Assembly: GCA_903842235.1 (NCBI GenBank)
Contig: CAIMLG010000278.1
Location: 1 to 63,362, forward strand
Length of the DNA stretch: 63,362 nucleotides
Source of the DNA: an uncultured Verrucomicrobia subdivision 3 bacterium
Lineage (GTDB): Bacteria; Verrucomicrobiota; Verrucomicrobiia; Limisphaerales; UBA11358
Reading direction: 5' to 3'
This document shows, piece after piece, positions 59,206-63,362 of this stretch (position 1 is its first letter; each line of letters opens with the position of its first letter). Under the pieces are notes generated by a model. That model worked only from the letters and a program-made list of their open reading frames with translations, was not told the origin of the DNA and searched no databases. A program made the translations under genes and the position numbers.

Positions 59206-62200
59206 ATGCAAGCTGGAAATTCACTCCGCAAAGGCTTCGTGGTGGCCGCATTTTTGATTCTTCTCGTCGCTCCCCTTGGCCGCGCGGCTGAAAGGCAAGT
59301 GGTGCGCCAGCCGCGGCTTCCCCTCCCCAGCGCCTGGCCATCCTTGGGGACGCTGCCGGCCACCAATGCTTTGAATCTGGCCATCGGCTTGCCCCTGCGG
59401 AATCCGGCGGCCCTTTCCAATTGGCTGCAACAAGTCTATGACCCCGCCAGCTCAAATTATCATCACTACCTGACCCCGGAGCAGTTCGCCGAACAGTTTG
59501 GCCCGACGGAAGCGGATTACCAGGCCGTCATCGCGTTCGCCAACGCGAACGGCTTGCCGGTCACGGCCACGCACCCCAACCGCCTGTTGCTGGATGTGCG
59601 TGGAACCGTGGCGCAGGTGGAACAGGCCTTGCATGTGACCCTGCGCACCTATCCGCATCCGGGGGAGAACCGGACGTTCTATGCGCCGGACGCCGATCCA
59701 TCGCTCGCTCTGGCCGCGCCCATTTTGGGCATCAGCGGTTTGGACAATTATTCGCTGCCGCGCCCGCGGCTGGTGGCCCAGCCGCTGGTTCAAGCCGAGA
59801 GCGCCGCGCCGAATTCGGGTTCGGGTACGGGCGGCACCTACTTGGGCAAGGATTTTCGGGCGGCCTATGTCCCGGATTCCGCGCTCGACGGTGCGGGCCA
59901 GGTGGTGGGTTTGTTGCAATTTGATGGTTACGCGGCCAGCGACATTGCCTATTACGTCAGCCAGGCCGGCCTGCCCAGCGTGCCCTTGCAAAATGTGCTG
60001 CTGAACGGATTCAGCGGCCACCCCACGGGCAGCGGCGGCGAAGTGGAGGTGTGTTTGGACATTGAAATGGCGATCGCCATGGCGACCAATTTGTCCAAGG
60101 TGATGGTTTATGAGGCCGGTCCGTATGGCAACTGGCACGACCTCCTGAATCGGATGGCCACCGACAATCTGGCCAAACAATTGAGTTGTTCCTGGTATAT
60201 TCCCTATGGCGGGGCCGATCCGGTGGCCGATCAGATCTGGCAGCAGATGGCGGCCCAGGGGCAATCGTTTTTCAACGCCTCGGGCGACAATGACGCCTAT
60301 GCCGGCTTGATTCCGTTTCCCGGCGACAGTCCCTATATCACGCAAGTGGGCGGAACGACCTTGACGACGAGCGGCCCGGGCGGGGCCTGGGCTTCGGAGC
60401 AGGTCTGGAACTGGGGCGGCGGCATCGGCAGCGGCGGCGGCATCAGCACCACCTATCCGATTCCGGGCTGGCAGACCAACCTCAATATGGCGATCAATCA
60501 AGGCTCGCTGACCAAACGCAATACGCCGGATGTGGCGCTGACGGCGAACAATGTTTATGTGCGGGCGAATGGGCGGGACTATAATGTGGCCGGGACGAGC
60601 TGCGCGGCCCCGCTTTGGGCGGGTTTCGCGGCCCTGATCAATCAGCAGGCGGCGGCGGCCGGCCGGCGATCGGATTTGCCAATCCCGCCCTCTACGCGAT
60701 CGGCGCGGGGGCAGATTATCCCGCCGCGTTTCATGACATCACCTTGGGCAACAATGAAAGCCCCGGCAGTCCCACCAAATTTTCCGCGGTGGCCGGCTAT
60801 GACCTCTGCACCGGCTGGGGCACGCCGGCGGGGCAAAGGCTCATCAATGCGCTCGCCAATCCTGAACCCCTGCAAATCACGCCCTTGACCGGCTTTGCCG
60901 CCAGCGGCGGCGTGGGCGGACCGTTCACCCGCACGGCCCAGAGTTTTTCGCTGACCAATCTGGGAACCAATACGTTGACTTGGTCGCTCGTCAACACCTC
61001 GGCCTGGCTCACGGTTTCGTCCGCCGGCGGCCCGCTGCCGGCCGGTGGATTTGTCGCCGACGTGACGGTGTGCCTGAATACCACCGCCAGCAATCTGCTG
61101 GTGGGGAATTATAGCGCCACCCTATGGTTTACCAACCTGAGCGACAATTTCGGGCAAAGCCGTCAATTTGCCTTGTCCGTGATCAGCCCGCCCGCCATCA
61201 CCGCGCAGCCCGCCGATCAATCCGTCTTGGAAGGCGCCCCCGCCGCGTTCTCGGTCGCTGCGGTCGGTGGCCTGCCGCTGTCCTATCAATGGCAGAACAA
61301 CGGGACCAATCTGGTTGATGACGGCAACCTCGCCGGGTCCACCACCACCAATCTGCTGGTCCGCCAGGTTACCGCCGCTCACGGCGGAAGCTACACGGTG
61401 GTGGTGGCCAATGCGGCCGGCACGGTGACCAGTTCCAATGCGATGCTGACGCTGATTCCCTCGCCTCCGGTCATCACCCTGCAGCCGGCGGATGCGACCG
61501 TGGTGGTGAACGGCCCGGCCCGGTTTTTCGTGGCTGCGCTGGGCACCCAGCCCATTGCTTATCAATGGAGTTTCAACGGCACGAACCTCCTGGCCGGGGC
61601 GACGAATTCCTGGCTGACCTTGACCAATGTCCAATATTCGCAGTCCGGGGTTTATGCGGTGACGGTGACAAATATTTTCGGGGCCACCAATAGTTCCAAT
61701 GCCGCCTTAACGGTGACGCCGTGTGCTCCGGCTCCAGCCGGGCTGGTGAGTTGGTGGGCGGCGGAGGGGAACGCTTGGGATCAGATCGGCGGCAATCACG
61801 GCACGTTGTTTGGCAATGCCAGCTACGGAGCGGGGGAAGTGGGCTGGGGATTTGTCTTTGACGGCAGCAGCGATGGGGTGTTCGTGGGGAACCCCACCAA
61901 TCTCCAGCTTCAAAACTTCACGATTGAAGCCTGGATCAAACGGTCCAGCAGCACGGCGGTTTCCGGCAGCGCACCCAACGCCTGGTTGTTCGGCTACGGC
62001 AGCAACGGCTATGGGTTTGAATTGTGGAACGATGGTCGGATCTCCCTGACCAAGGCTGGGGTTGACGAAGTTGACGGAAGCATCAGTATTACCGATACCA
62101 ACCTTCACCATGTGGCGGTCACCAAGAACGGGAGCACCGTCACTTTCTATGTGGATGGGGTCGGCTGTCCGCCCGTGGTTTACAGCGCGGTCTTTTCCTT

Positions 62201-63119
62201 CACCACCTCGGCTGCGATTGGCTGTCTGGGCACAACAACTTGCAGCTTTCTGGGTTTGATGGATGAGGTGAGTGTCTATAACCGGCCTCTGTCCGCGGCC
62301 GAAGTGCAGGGCATCTATCTGGCCAACAGCGGGGGCAAGTGTTTCACGCCCGTGCCGCCGACGATCACGAGCCAGCCGACGAACCAGACGGTGTTCGCGG
62401 GCCAGACCGCCAGTTTCAGTGTCCTGGCCAGTGGCACGCCGCCGCTGACCTACCAGTGGGCCTGCAACACCACGAATCTGGCTGGGGCCACCAACGCCAC
62501 GCTGCTCTTCCCCGCCGCGCAGTTCACCAACGCCGGCACTTACAGCGTGACCGTAAGGAGCCCCTTTGCCGCTACCCTCAGTTCCAATGCCATTTTGACG
62601 GTGAATAACAAATTGGATCACTTCGCCTGGAGCCCGATCCCCTCCCCCCGTTTTGTCAATGTGCCTTTTGCCGTGACGATTCAAGCGCTGGATGCGACCA
62701 ACGGAATGTTCACCGATTTCACCGGCCCCGCCCTTTTAAGCTCCACCAATGGAATGCCCGTCAATCCAACAGTTACGGCCGCCTTTGCCCAGGGCACCTG
62801 GACCGGCTTGATCAATATTTCCCAACCGGCGACCAACCTCGTGCTGCGGGTGGCCGGCGGGAATGGGGAAGCCGGCCTGGCCAAATCCATCAATGTGGTC
62901 AACTTGCCGACCCTCGGGTTCACGCCTTCAGGTAATTTCCTGATGGTTTACTGGCCGGTGGCTGCCTCCAACTTCGTGCTGGAGACCTCCACCAACCTTT
63001 CGCCCGCGCAATGGCATCCAATGGATAGTCCGCCGCTGAAAATCGGCGACCAATATTTGGAATCCATTCAAATGAACAGCGCCAATCAATTTTATCGCCT
63101 TTGGTATATCGGCCCCTGA
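59206..63119 (+). pseudogene. S53 (sedolisin/kumamolisin) protease fused to Ig and LamG domains, split by one frameshift near 60660
   Basis: Prodomain YLTPEQF...FGP; EVCLD, ASGD, GTSCAAP catalytic motifs. The S53 tail (IGFANPALY, FHDIT.GNN, GYDLCTGWGTP) continues in ORF 60615..63119. Confidence 0.85.
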
Positions 63120-63149
63120 CCCTGCCCGGCAACCCAAGCGCTGCGTGTA

Positions 63150-63268
63150 AATTTTCCCCTTGACCGCCGTCCGTCATTGTCGTATAAGAAAGCCATCTAC
63201 GAGCAAACAGCGGATTTCTTGGAGCCGGGTTTGCCGTTCTTTGACATTTTGTTCGCCGGGGCCGGCGG
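63150..63268 (+). promoter_or_regulatory. Repeated promoter-hairpin-boxA-like module, copy B
   Basis: TTGACC(63160)-17 bp-TATAAG(63183); identical 22-bp 5' block and 33-bp 3' block shared with 19048-19166. Confidence 0.8.
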
Positions 63269-63362
63269 CTGGTTGGATCGGTGTTTGCGCCCTCTCGTCG
63301 CCCGTTCTCGCTCGTGCGCGCTTCCCGCCTTGCCTGGGCTGGGTGTCTGCCTCGGGCCGGTG

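Noticed and set aside
19048-63268. The 119-bp direct repeats as attL/attR of a 44-kb island
   Set aside because: The interval contains core genes (argC, argJ, ribBA, ftsY, nusB) and no integrase

Overview
High-GC bacterial chromosomal window. Gene content and protein style suggest Verrucomicrobiota, Pedosphaera/Limisphaera-like (inference). The left half is mostly housekeeping and envelope genes: guaA, an ArnT-like transferase, recG, a DUF2089/SHOCT-like operon, TolC/HlyD/ABC efflux genes, argC, argJ, ribBA, ftsY, nusB, Nif3 and a 1450-aa glycogen debranching enzyme. The right half is a ~25 kb surface-polysaccharide locus (rfaE2, GT9, flippase, rfbFG, rfbC, gmd, two sugar C-methyltransferases, GT4/GT2, SAM methyltransferases). 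It contains a 2036-aa LamG/Ig protein and is followed by a frameshifted S53 protease-LamG/Ig gene. No rRNA, tRNA, CRISPR array, integrase or transposase was seen. Most notable signals: (1) an 84-bp, synonymously diverged second copy of the guaA 3' end brackets a promoterless ATPase + small-protein cassette; (2) a 119-bp non-coding module (sigma70 promoter, hairpin, boxA-like motif) occurs twice, 44.1 kb apart, with no rRNA downstream of the first copy; (3) REP-like palindromes and heptamer repeats are translated in frame inside recG, argJ, a methyltransferase and the debranching enzyme; (4) three TTGA-N5-TCAA operators phased exactly 21 bp apart precede the DUF2089 regulator and its two paralogous membrane partners; (5) the large LamG/Ig proteins share DNA modules and a C-terminal motif.
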